DNA from: Candidatus Multivoradales bacterium
Lineage (GTDB): Bacteria; Acidobacteriota; Thermoanaerobaculia; Multivoradales; JAHEKO01
Direction of reading: 5' to 3'
NCBI GenBank assembly: GCA_965223855.1
Contig: CBDCXM010000008.1
Coordinates: 512,001 to 576,000, forward strand
DNA length: 64,000 nt
Shown here: positions 1-8,930 of the stretch, in pieces
Position numbering within the stretch: position 1 is the first letter of the stretch
How the letters are laid out: each line of letters starts with the position of its first letter
Program-made: the position numbers and the translations under genes
The notes under the pieces: generated by a model
Seen by the model: the letters and a program-made list of their open reading frames with translations, nothing else
Told to the model about the DNA's origin: nothing
Databases searched by the model: none

Positions 1-2
1 TG

Positions 3-1163
3 CTGGGTGCCGGCAACTACTCCTCATCCCTAGAGATGCTCAAGGCCATCTTCTTCGAGAACTGCACCGTCGTGCACAAGCCCCACCACCTCAATGCCGC
101 TACCGATCGGGTTTGGGAGACGATCATGCAGCCGTTGGTCGCACACCGGGTCCTCAGCTTCGCGGACCACGATCAGGGCCGAGAACTGACCACGGAGCCA
201 GGACTCTCGAGGATCTACTTCACCGGAGGGTCCGGCACGGCCCAGGCGATCATGCAGGCCACAGAGACGCCTCTCGTGAGTGAATGCGGCGGCAACAATC
301 CCTGTCTGGTGGTGCCCGGCGACCGACCGTGGACCGCCAAGGAGATGGCTCATCAGGCCCGGCAGATTGCCACCATCTCCAAGTTGAACGGTGGAGCTGT
401 GTGCGGGAGGGTGCAGACGATCGTGACCTCGAAGCGGTGGCCCCAGCGGGAGGAGTTCCTGGCCGTCCTCAGGACGGCGATTGCCGAGGACACGCCGGCT
501 GCGGGCACCTACTATCCCGGCTCTGACAACGTCTTCCGGAGATTCAAGGAAGCCTACCCGGACGCGGAGATCCTCGAACCCGAAGACGGCAGGTACAGGA
601 GTGCGAGCTTCATGGTGATCACCGGCGCGGATGAGGAGGGCTATGCGACCGCCAACGAGGCCTTCTGTCAGATCCTCAGCGAGGTGCCGCTCGACACGGA
701 GGCGAACGCGGAGGACTTCCTGCCAGCGGCAGTGACCTTCTGCAACACACGCCTCCACGGGACCCTGGCCAGCTGTATCCTGATCGATGAAGACACGAAG
801 AAGGCCCACGAGGAGGTCCTGGAGCAGGCGGTGACGGACCTCGAGTACGGTGCGATCGCCATCAACACGATGCCGCCCTTCATCTTTCTCAGTCCCTGGC
901 TGACCTGGGGTGGCAACGAGGAAGGCAGGGAATTCGTCTCCGGTCAGGGCAACTTCGGCAACGGGATGAACTTCGAGAGCGTCGAGAAGTCGATCATGAC
1001 CGCCGGCTTCATGTCGCCCGGACACATGATCCAGACCAACAAGAGCGCCTTCGACAGCATGGCGCTCAACATGGCGCGCTATGCCGTCGAGCCAGGCTGG
1101 CTGAACCTGATGCGACTGATGGGCGGCGCCGTCAGGGACTCTTTCCGTGGCAAGGACTTCTAG
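3..1163 (+). CDS. Aldehyde dehydrogenase family protein, 5'-partial (frame open to the window edge)
   Basis: Frame reads LGAGNYSSSLEM from nt 3, upstream of the listed ATG at 36; FTGG nucleotide-binding motif, SECGGNNP (catalytic Glu region), GGAVCG (catalytic Cys). Confidence 0.8.
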   Translation: MGAGNYSSSLEMLKAIFFENCTVVHKPHHLNAATDRVWETIMQPLVAHRVLSFADHDQGRELTTEPGLSRIYFTGGSGTAQAIMQATETPLVSECGGNNPCLVVPGDRPWTAKEMAHQARQIATISKLNGGAVCGRVQTIVTSKRWPQREEFLAVLRTAIAEDTPAAGTYYPGSDNVFRRFKEAYPDAEILEPEDGRYRSASFMVITGADEEGYATANEAFCQILSEVPLDTEANAEDFLPAAVTFCNTRLHGTLASCILIDEDTKKAHEEVLEQAVTDLEYGAIAINTMPPFIFLSPWLTWGGNEEGREFVSGQGNFGNGMNFESVEKSIMTAGFMSPGHMIQTNKSAFDSMALNMARYAVEPGWLNLMRLMGGAVRDSFRGKDF

Positions 1164-1178
1164 GGCGAACGGTCGGCC

Positions 1179-2183
1179 ATGAGAAGCGGCGGTTCGTTCG
1201 CGGTCCACCCGGGCTGGGCTGTTCTCCTCAAAGACGTCGGGATCGACGCCACGAGTGTCCTGCGCCGCGCAGCTCTACCCGACGACCTCTTCTCTCGCCC
1301 TTCAGCCTCGCTCTCCACACTTGACTACTTCCGCTTCTGGCAGGCGCTCGAAGAAGAGGCCGACGATCCGGCTCTACCCATTCGGCTGGGCAGCGGTATC
1401 TCGGTCGAGGCCTTCGACGCGCCGATCTTCGCCGCCCTGTGCAGCCCCAACCTCAACACGGCTCTGCAACGCATCCGCCGCTACAAGCCGCTGATCGGTC
1501 CGATGGCGCTCCACATAGACCAGGGGTCGACGGCAACGACGCTCGAGATCGAATTCCTCGAGAAGGCCATCCCACCCCCGCCGGTCCTGATCGCTACCGA
1601 GCTGGTGTTCTTCGTCGAGCTCGCTCGCCTCGCAACCCGCGAGGGGATTCGCCCAGCGGCCGTGGAAACCCCGGCCCCCCCTCGGCCGGCCGAGGCGTTC
1701 ACCAGCTACTTCGGCAACAGGGTCAGGACCGGACCGAAGCATGCCGTGACCTTCTCGGCGCTGGACGCTGCGCGCCCCTTCCTGACCAGAAACGACGCGA
1801 TGTGGCTCTTCTTCCGGCCCGAGCTGCGCAAGAGGCTCGCTGAACTAGATGAGACGGCCACCGTTTCGGACCGGGTCCGCGGCGCGCTCCTGGAACTGCT
1901 GCCGAGCGGAAGGTCGGCGCTCGGTGCGGTGGCGAACAGGCTCGCCGTCAGCACGAGAACCCTTCAACGGCGCCTGAGTGCCGAGGGCAGCAGCTTCCAG
2001 GAAGTCCTCGATTCGACGCGGGAAGCCCTCGCGCGACACTACCTGGGGAACTCGACGATGTCCGGAGGCCAGATCGCGTTCCTGCTCGGCTACGAGGACC
2101 CGAACTCCTTCTTCCGAGCCTTCCATGCCTGGACTGGTGAGACACCGGAGCAGGTTCGTCTCGTCACTTCCAGGGACTCCTAG
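1179..2183 (+). CDS. AraC family transcriptional regulator (OruR/ArgR-like N-terminal domain plus C-terminal HTH)
   Basis: VANRLAVSTRTLQRRL...IAFLLGYEDPNSFFRAFHAWTGETP is the AraC double-HTH signature. Confidence 0.9.
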   Translation: MRSGGSFAVHPGWAVLLKDVGIDATSVLRRAALPDDLFSRPSASLSTLDYFRFWQALEEEADDPALPIRLGSGISVEAFDAPIFAALCSPNLNTALQRIRRYKPLIGPMALHIDQGSTATTLEIEFLEKAIPPPPVLIATELVFFVELARLATREGIRPAAVETPAPPRPAEAFTSYFGNRVRTGPKHAVTFSALDAARPFLTRNDAMWLFFRPELRKRLAELDETATVSDRVRGALLELLPSGRSALGAVANRLAVSTRTLQRRLSAEGSSFQEVLDSTREALARHYLGNSTMSGGQIAFLLGYEDPNSFFRAFHAWTGETPEQVRLVTSRDS

Positions 2184-2278
2184 GCCTCCAGCCCAGCCTC
2201 TCGGGTGGAGCCCGGAGTGGGACCCCACGACTACCGCCAACGCCAGGTCCCAGGACGCTCCCCGCAGCGACAGGCCCC

Positions 2279-2435
2279 GGCCGCCCGAAGACTGAGCACC
2301 GAGGGGGCTCCGAGCCGAGCCCGCTATCCACCCAATCAGCCGCACCGCTCCCCGGCGAAGGCGAAGGAGCGCGCGCCACCCACTCAACTACCCCGGTCGC
2401 GCAATGCCCCCCTCGGGCTCAGTCTTCGGACGGCC
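2279..2435. repeat. About 30-bp imperfect inverted repeat pair (REP/REPIN-like) between convergent genes
   Basis: GGCCGCCCGAAGACTGAGCACCGAGGGGGC (2279-2308) nearly matches the reverse complement of GCCCCCCTCGGGCTCAGTCTTCGGACGGCC (2406-2435). Confidence 0.65.
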
Positions 2436-2586
2436 CGAGGGCCGGCATCGTCGCGATGCCGGTTCGATCAGAGATAAGTAACCTGTCACCGAAACTCCGG
2501 ATCGATCCAGGCCAATCCGGAAACCAAGACCACACCGAGCCCCAGCACCACCAGCACGATCCCCGCCCAGCCACGCACCCCAAGCC

Positions 2587-3249
2587 CTAGCCCTTCCGCC
2601 ACTTGGAATGCTCCTCAGCCATCCGCTTCTTCGTAGCCGCCCAAGAACAGATCGGACAGGCGGAAAGGTCATGCCGAGCCGCCGGGCAATGCTCTCGCCC
2701 GAAATAGATGATCTGAAGATGCACCCGATTCCACGTCTCCTCGGGAAACACCGCCTTCAGATCAGCCTCCGTCCTGTCCACGTTCTTGCCCGTCGACAAC
2801 CCCCAGCGAGCCGCCAACCGATGAATGTGCGTATCCACCGGAAAGGCCGGAATCCCGAAAGCCTGCGCCATCACCACCGAAGCCGTCTTGTGCCCCACCC
2901 CCGGCAACGCCTCCAGCTCCGCGAAACTCCGCGGCACCTCCCCGCCGTGCCGCTCCACCAGGATCTCCGCCAGCTTCTTCACGTTCTTCGCCTTCGTCGG
3001 CGCCAACCCGCAGGTCTTGATGAACTCGAGGATCTGCTCCACCGAGAGCGCCGCCATCGCCTCCGGCGTCGGCGCCTTGTCGAAGAGTGCCGGCGTCACC
3101 ATGTTGACGCGGGCGTCGGTCGTCTGGGCCGAGAGCAGAACGGCGATCAGCAGCGTGAACGGATCGCGATGATCGAGCGGAATCGGCGGTCGAGGGTGGA
3201 GGTCGTTGAGGATGCCGAGGATCTTCTCGGCCTTTTCGGCGCGGGTCAT
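2587..3249 (-). CDS. nth: Endonuclease III
   Basis: LLSAQTTD, HhH motif LPGVGHKTA, catalytic VDTH, C-terminal Cys cluster. Confidence 0.95.
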   Translation of the reverse strand: MTRAEKAEKILGILNDLHPRPPIPLDHRDPFTLLIAVLLSAQTTDARVNMVTPALFDKAPTPEAMAALSVEQILEFIKTCGLAPTKAKNVKKLAEILVERHGGEVPRSFAELEALPGVGHKTASVVMAQAFGIPAFPVDTHIHRLAARWGLSTGKNVDRTEADLKAVFPEETWNRVHLQIIYFGREHCPAARHDLSACPICSWAATKKRMAEEHSKWRKG

Positions 3250-3293
3250 GCGGGTAGCATACCGACACCTGACCGAACCCGAGGAGGCTCCTC

Positions 3294-5183
3294 ATGCGCC
3301 CTGTTTCGCCCCGCCCGCTCGTCCTGGCTCTCGCTGCCGTCACCCTTGCCGTCGCTCCGCTGGGGGCGCAACGTACCGTCAAGCCGGTGCTCCACGGCAA
3401 GCACTGGGTGGCGATCACCGGCAAGCCGCTCGGCGCGACCGCCGGGGCGGTGACCTTCGCCAGGGGGGGCAACGCGGTCGACGCGGCGTGCGCCATGCTG
3501 GCGGCGACCTCGACCATGTGGGACACCCTCGGCTGGGGCGGCGAAACTCAGGCGCTGATCTACAACCCGGAGACGAAGAAGGTCATCGGCGTCAACGCCC
3601 TCGGCGTCGCGCCGACCGGGGCGACCGTCGAGTTCTTCAAGGAGCAGGGGTTCCTCTATCCGCCCGAGTACGGCCCGCTGGCCGCGGTCACGCCGGGTAC
3701 GCCCGGCGGCCTCCTCGTGATGCTCGAGAAATTCGGTCGCCTGTCGCTCGCCGAAGTGCTGGCACCGGCGATCGAGATGGCGGCCGGCTATCCGATCGAG
3801 GCATCGCAGGCCGACAACATGGAGCGCCGCCGGGAGATGCTCGCCTCGTGGCCCTACTCGAAGGAAGTCTTCCTGCCGCACCTCGACGAGGAGAACCCCG
3901 GGGAGCGCGCCGCCCCCTACCCGGGCGAGATCTTCCGCCAGACGGACCTTCACGCCACCCTGCTCAAGCTGGTCGAGACCGAGCAGAAGGCGCTCGACGC
4001 CGGCAAGAGCCGCGAGGAGGCGATCCGCGCCGCCTACGACCGCTTCTACCGAGGCGACATCGCCGAAGAGCTGGTGCGCTCGACCCGGGAGCAGGGCGGG
4101 CTCATCACGATGGAGGATCTCGACCGCTGGCAGGTCTACCTCGAGGAGCCGGTGACCGCCAACTACAAGGGGGTCGAGGTCTACAAGCTGACCCACTGGG
4201 TGCAGGGCCCGGTGATGCTCCAGGCGCTCAACATCCTCGAGAACCTGCCGGATCTCGCCGGCATGGGCTACAACTCGGCGTCCTACATCCATGCCCTCTA
4301 CCAGGCGATGAATCTCGCCTTTGCCGATCGCGACTTCTACTACGGCGACCCGTACACCCCGCCGGTCGAGCCGATCGAAGGGCTACTGTCCGAGGCGTAC
4401 GCCCGGGCGCGCTTCGAGGAGATCGACTGGGAGCGCAACGACGACGACACCAAACCGGGCGATCCATACCCCTTCCAGGGCGGCGAGCATCCGTTCCGCG
4501 ACCTGCTCGACGCCTGGACCAACATTCCGCCGGCCGCCGAGGCCGAAGGCGAGGACGGCTTTCAGCAGGCGTTCTCGATGACCGCCGACGAAGCGTTCGT
4601 CGCCGGCACCACCTCGATCCAGGCGGCGGACGCCGACGGCTGGGTGGTGTCGATCACCCCCTCGGGCGGCTGGATCCCCGCCGTGATCGCGGGCGAGACC
4701 GGCATCGGCCTGTCGCAGCGGATGCAGAGTTTCGTGCTCGACGAGCGGCTCAACCCGTACAACGTCGTCCAGCCGGGTCAACGCCCGCGGGCGACGCTCA
4801 CACCGGGCATGGCCCTCAAAGGCGGTGAGCCCTACCTCTCCTTCGCCGTCCAGGGGGGCGACACCCAGGACCAGAACCTGCTCCAGTTCTTCCTCAACGT
4901 GTTCGAGTTCGGGATGAACGTGCAGCAGGCGGTGGAGGCGGCCAACATCACGAGCTACCAGATGCAGTCGAGCTTCGGTGCCCACAAAGCGGAGCCGGGA
5001 CGGCTGGTGGTGCGCGACGACGTGCCCGACTGGGTGATCGCGAAGCTCAGGGAGAAGGGCTACCGGGTCGAGACACGCCGCCGCACCTCCGGGCCGATCA
5101 CCGCCATCTACTTCGATCGCGAGCACGGCACGATGTGGGGCGGCGCCAGCGACTTCGGCGAAGACTACGGCGTCGCCTGGTAG
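3294..5183 (+). CDS. Gamma-glutamyltransferase family protein, exported
   Basis: Signal peptide, GGNAVDAA, TPGTPGG, autoproteolysis/nucleophile site GTTSIQAAD, PGQRPRATLTP, QGGD; RBS GAGGAGG. Confidence 0.9.
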   Translation: MRPVSPRPLVLALAAVTLAVAPLGAQRTVKPVLHGKHWVAITGKPLGATAGAVTFARGGNAVDAACAMLAATSTMWDTLGWGGETQALIYNPETKKVIGVNALGVAPTGATVEFFKEQGFLYPPEYGPLAAVTPGTPGGLLVMLEKFGRLSLAEVLAPAIEMAAGYPIEASQADNMERRREMLASWPYSKEVFLPHLDEENPGERAAPYPGEIFRQTDLHATLLKLVETEQKALDAGKSREEAIRAAYDRFYRGDIAEELVRSTREQGGLITMEDLDRWQVYLEEPVTANYKGVEVYKLTHWVQGPVMLQALNILENLPDLAGMGYNSASYIHALYQAMNLAFADRDFYYGDPYTPPVEPIEGLLSEAYARARFEEIDWERNDDDTKPGDPYPFQGGEHPFRDLLDAWTNIPPAAEAEGEDGFQQAFSMTADEAFVAGTTSIQAADADGWVVSITPSGGWIPAVIAGETGIGLSQRMQSFVLDERLNPYNVVQPGQRPRATLTPGMALKGGEPYLSFAVQGGDTQDQNLLQFFLNVFEFGMNVQQAVEAANITSYQMQSSFGAHKAEPGRLVVRDDVPDWVIAKLREKGYRVETRRRTSGPITAIYFDREHGTMWGGASDFGEDYGVAW

Positions 5184-5195
5184 GCGGCTCCCGCC

Positions 5196-7472
5196 CTACT
5201 CGTCACCGTCGTCGTCAGCCTCCCCGCGGACGACGCGGCGGCGCTCGATCTCACGGCGCCGCTCCTCGCGGATCTCGCGCCGCACCTGCTCGAGCTCGTC
5301 GTGGACCTCCTCCATCCGCTCGTCGCGGATCCGGTGAATGCGCTCACGGACCGGCTCGAGCTCCTTTCGAAGCTGTTCCATCCGCTCGCGGTGCGGTTCG
5401 AGGGAGTGGCGGATCTCCTCCATCCGCACCCGATGCTCCTCCATCCGGGCACGGATCTCCTCGCCGTGCTCCTCCATGTGCTGCTGCATCTCCTGCCGAT
5501 GGACCTCCATCTCCTGGCGCTGCTCTTCGAGACGCTCGCGAACCTCTTCCATCCGCTGCCGGATCGCCTCGGCCTCCTCGCCCTCGGCTCGCGCCAGCTC
5601 CGCACCGAGCCGCGCCTGCTCCATCGCAGCCTCGGCGAGGGCGGCGGACTGCGCCGCCATCGCATCGCCCGCGCCAGAGGCGTGGAAATCACGTAGGCCG
5701 ATCTCGCTCATCTCCGCGCCCAGCCGGCTCATCTCTTCCTGGAACGGGCGCATCTCGAGCTCGAGCTCCTCCATGCTTTCGAGCAGCGGCTGCATGGCCG
5801 ACTCCATCTCGCGCTCGATCTCTTCGTGGATGGGGCGCATCACCTCTTCGAGCCGCTCGAGCTTCTCGCGCAGCGCTTCGTCGAGCTCGTAGGTGGATTC
5901 CCAGCCTTCGTCGAACCAGTCGTCGTCCATCGACTCGTCGTCGGGACGGGGCGCGCGAGGAGCCGTGGGTGCCACCACCGGGCTCGGCTCTTCTTCCGGC
6001 GAGGGGCTCGCCTGCGGAGCGGACACCGCCGCCTGAACCCAGGCCACCTTCGGTGTCGGCGCGACGGCCGGTGTCGGCGCGACAACAGGGGCCGGCGCGA
6101 TCGACAGATCGACGCTCGGTTCCACAGAGACATCGCCGACGGCGACCATTGGACTACCCGCGAGCGCAGCCGGGACCGATGGGGCGACCGGCCTCACCTG
6201 GGGCGACGGGGCAGGTGAAGGAGCGACCGCCGGAGCCGGCAACGGCCCGACGAGATCGACCGGCCCGACGATCCCGTCCGGTCCGACGACTGGCGCTGCC
6301 TCGGGGGAAGCTGGAGCCACGGGAGCCTCGGGGACCTCGCCGACGACTGCCGAAGACGCCTGCGGTGCCGGCGCAGGCGCCGACGCCCGGGGTGCCTGAG
6401 GAGGCCGGGGCGCCTCGGGAGCTTCGGACCTGACGGTCGCGAGCACCGGCAGAGCCACGACGAGCAACGCGGAGACGAGCAGCCCGCTGCGAAGCGGGCG
6501 ACGGGAACGGTTCGAGAGAATCGACATCAGTCTTCCTTCCATGGGTGTGCGGCGCGCCATGTCGAGCGCAGCCACGTCGAGAACGGCGGCCCCGCGTCTT
6601 GCCGCGGCCGCCTGAGCGATCGCCAGCAGGTGCTGGGCATAGGTGCTCGGCCGGGTGCCGAGATCCAGAACCGCCTGATCGCACGCGAGCTCCTGTTCCG
6701 TCCGCAGACGGGTGAGTCCGAGCCAGGCGACCGGATGAAACCAGTAGAGGGCGCAGCCGAGCCGCGCCAGCACGCGCACGATCCAGTCGTGGCGCGCAAC
6801 GTGAGTGAGTTCGTGGGCGAGCACGAGTTCGAGTCGCTCGCGACTCCAGCTCCGGCAGGCGGGCGGAAGCACGACCGTCGGCTTCCGCCACCCCCAGGTG
6901 GCGGGACCCGAGACCTCCTCGGAGACGATCAGCTCGACCGGCCGCCCGATTCCGAGGCGGCGGCGCAACGCCGCGGCCATGAGATCGACATCGGTCGAGG
7001 GGGCGGACGAGCGCCGACGAATCGAGCGCAACCGCACGAGCCCGAGGGCCAGCCAGCCGACGACGGCAACGACCCCCAGCAGCCAGCTGGCGAGCAGCAG
7101 CTCACCCGCGTGGCGGCGCACGAAGGCGCCGACCGGATCGAACTCGGGTACCGAGACCGCGACCGCGCCGAGCGTCGCGGTCGTGCGGCCCGGCGACCCG
7201 AGCCCGGCGGACGGGAGAATCGACTGCACCCCGAAGGAGGTCTCCTCTCCCGAAGGCGGGACGGAAGCTCCCGCAGGCAGGATCGGGAGCGGAGGCAGGG
7301 TGAGAGTCAGCAGCGGCAGGGCGAGGACACCGACGATCGTCGCCGTCCACAGCCCCTGACGCACCGCCGGCGCCGCCTTGCGCAGCAGGGCGGCCGCCAG
7401 CCCCGCGAGCAGCCACAGGACGCTGCCGCGAAGCGCCACATCGACGAGAAACGAAGAGCCCGGGTCAATCAT
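5196..7472 (-). CDS. BlaR1/MecR1-like M56 metallopeptidase with Pro/Ala-rich linker and Glu/Met/Arg-rich coiled-coil C-terminus
   Basis: N-terminal TM helices, HELTH zinc motif, YWFHP, EQELACD; ATGA overlap with the upstream BlaI gene. Confidence 0.9.
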   Translation of the reverse strand: MIDPGSSFLVDVALRGSVLWLLAGLAAALLRKAAPAVRQGLWTATIVGVLALPLLTLTLPPLPILPAGASVPPSGEETSFGVQSILPSAGLGSPGRTTATLGAVAVSVPEFDPVGAFVRRHAGELLLASWLLGVVAVVGWLALGLVRLRSIRRRSSAPSTDVDLMAAALRRRLGIGRPVELIVSEEVSGPATWGWRKPTVVLPPACRSWSRERLELVLAHELTHVARHDWIVRVLARLGCALYWFHPVAWLGLTRLRTEQELACDQAVLDLGTRPSTYAQHLLAIAQAAAARRGAAVLDVAALDMARRTPMEGRLMSILSNRSRRPLRSGLLVSALLVVALPVLATVRSEAPEAPRPPQAPRASAPAPAPQASSAVVGEVPEAPVAPASPEAAPVVGPDGIVGPVDLVGPLPAPAVAPSPAPSPQVRPVAPSVPAALAGSPMVAVGDVSVEPSVDLSIAPAPVVAPTPAVAPTPKVAWVQAAVSAPQASPSPEEEPSPVVAPTAPRAPRPDDESMDDDWFDEGWESTYELDEALREKLERLEEVMRPIHEEIEREMESAMQPLLESMEELELEMRPFQEEMSRLGAEMSEIGLRDFHASGAGDAMAAQSAALAEAAMEQARLGAELARAEGEEAEAIRQRMEEVRERLEEQRQEMEVHRQEMQQHMEEHGEEIRARMEEHRVRMEEIRHSLEPHRERMEQLRKELEPVRERIHRIRDERMEEVHDELEQVRREIREERRREIERRRVVRGEADDDGDE

Positions 7473-7858
7473 CGCCCTTCCTCCCGCGCCGTATCGATCA
7501 ACGACTGCAGGCGGTCGATCTCCTCGCCGCTCAGGTCTGTGTCGCCGATCTCCAGCAACGCCGCCACGGCACTCGCCGCCGATCCGTCGAAGAAGGTCGC
7601 GAGCACATGCTCCAGGGCACGCTCACGAGCCTTCTCGCGAGGCACCGTCGGCACGAAGATGTAGCGGTTCTCCTCCACCTCGTGCCGCAGATGCCCCTTC
7701 TCCTCGAGGATCCGCAACAACGCCCGCACCGCCGAGTACGACGGCGCATCCGGCAAAGCCTCCCGCACCTCCGCGGCGCCGGCCCGACCGGCAGCGTAAA
7801 TGACGTCCATGATCTGCCGTTCCCGGCGGCTCAGATGGCGGCTCTTGTCGTCGCTCAT
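7469..7858 (-). CDS. BlaI/MecI/CopY family repressor
   Basis: LSRRERQIMDVIY...SYSAVRALLRILEEKG...FFDGS; coupled to the M56 gene. Confidence 0.92.
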   Translation of the reverse strand: MSDDKSRHLSRRERQIMDVIYAAGRAGAAEVREALPDAPSYSAVRALLRILEEKGHLRHEVEENRYIFVPTVPREKARERALEHVLATFFDGSAASAVAALLEIGDTDLSGEEIDRLQSLIDTAREEGR

Positions 7859-7883
7859 AGGGTTCGAGTACCTCGTGATCGAG

Positions 7884-7916
7884 TGCTATGTTTTTAGCAC
7901 TGCTAGAAAATTAGCA
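7884..7916. promoter_or_regulatory. Two tandem palindromes TGCTA-N6-TAGCA, probable operator of the BlaI-family repressor
   Basis: TGCTAtgttttTAGCA (7884-7899) and TGCTAgaaaatTAGCA (7901-7916), AT-rich, 25 nt upstream of the repressor start. Confidence 0.75.
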
Positions 7917-7937
7917 TTCGGCGGCGACGTCTGTCAA
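7908..7937 (-). promoter_or_regulatory. Sigma70-type promoter of the blaI-M56 operon
   Basis: TTGACA (7937-7932), 18-nt spacer, TGcTAATTT extended -10 (hexamer 7913-7908) overlapping the operator. Confidence 0.65.
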
Positions 7938-7967
7938 GCCCCCGGCTCGCCTGGAGGCGTGTCCCAC

Positions 7968-8333
7968 GGATTCAGGGCGACAAAGCCCCTTCTCTACCAG
8001 GCCTCACCCGACCATACCCCTGGCAGAGAAACGTCTTTGTCGCCCTTGACGACCCGCCAAGCTGCAGCTTCTCCCACGCCGCCGACCTCGTACCCCATCG
8101 GGAGGATGCCGGAAGGTCAGCCAGTGCGCTGTCCACGACAGCGCACTGACCTTCCGCCCTTCCACCCCCTAGCGAGGGCCTTCCGGTTCGTGCGGTCCGG
8201 GGTCGAACGTGCAAGTTCCTCTGTCAGGAGAAGCAGCAGCCCTCCGATCCATCAAGGGCGACGAAGGGGTTTCTCCGCCCGGGGTTTGGTCGGGTGAGGC
8301 CGGGCGGAGAAAGGGCTTCGTCGCCCTGAATCC
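7968..8333. repeat. About 107-bp inverted repeat arms (7968-8074 and 8227-8333), each containing a 71-bp hairpin; REP/BIME/MITE-like or structured RNA
   Basis: Hairpins at 7975-8045 and 8256-8326 share a near-identical loop (GGTWTGGTCGGGTGAGG) and have compensatory stem changes. Confidence 0.8.
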
Positions 8334-8365
8334 TCAGGACGCGCGAACCCCCCTGAAGAAGCCCT

Positions 8366-8857
8366 CTAGTCCCGCATGTTCACGAACCGGAACTCCGGCC
8401 CGAGATCCGCTTCCTTGACCATCGCGATCACCGCCTGCAGGTCGTCCCGCTTCTTGCCCGAGATCCGCACCTGATCGCCCTGGATCGCCGCCTGGACCTT
8501 CCTCTTCATCTGCTTCACCCGCTTGGCGATCTCCTTCGCGGTCTCCGCCTCGATCCCCTTGGCCAGGGTCACCGGCTGGCGGCGCATACTGTCGGCGGCG
8601 TCCTCCGCGGTCCCGAGGGTGAGGTTCTTGATCGACACACCGCGCTTGAAGAGCTTCGACTGCAGCACGTCAAGCACCGCCGCGAGCCGGTAGTCGTCCT
8701 CGCCGAAGAGAGTGATCTCGTGGGTCCCCTTCTCCCACTCGATGCGGCTCTTCGAGCCTCGGAAGTCGTAGCGCTGGGACAGCTCCTTGCGCGCCTGGTT
8801 GACGGCATTGTCGACCTCTGCGAGGTCGGTCTCGACGACGATATCGAACGAAGGCAT
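8366..8857 (-). CDS. yajQ: YajQ family nucleotide/c-di-GMP-binding protein
   Basis: MPSFDIV, RYDFRG, KVQAAIQGDQVRISGKKRDDLQ, FVNMRD. Confidence 0.95.
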   Translation of the reverse strand: MPSFDIVVETDLAEVDNAVNQARKELSQRYDFRGSKSRIEWEKGTHEITLFGEDDYRLAAVLDVLQSKLFKRGVSIKNLTLGTAEDAADSMRRQPVTLAKGIEAETAKEIAKRVKQMKRKVQAAIQGDQVRISGKKRDDLQAVIAMVKEADLGPEFRFVNMRD

Positions 8858-8930
8858 GGCGACTCCCAGGGTGTTGCGAGGGTTCGTGTTGCGAGGGTTC
8901 CGGGAGGTCGGCCCGGAGCTCTTTCGATGC

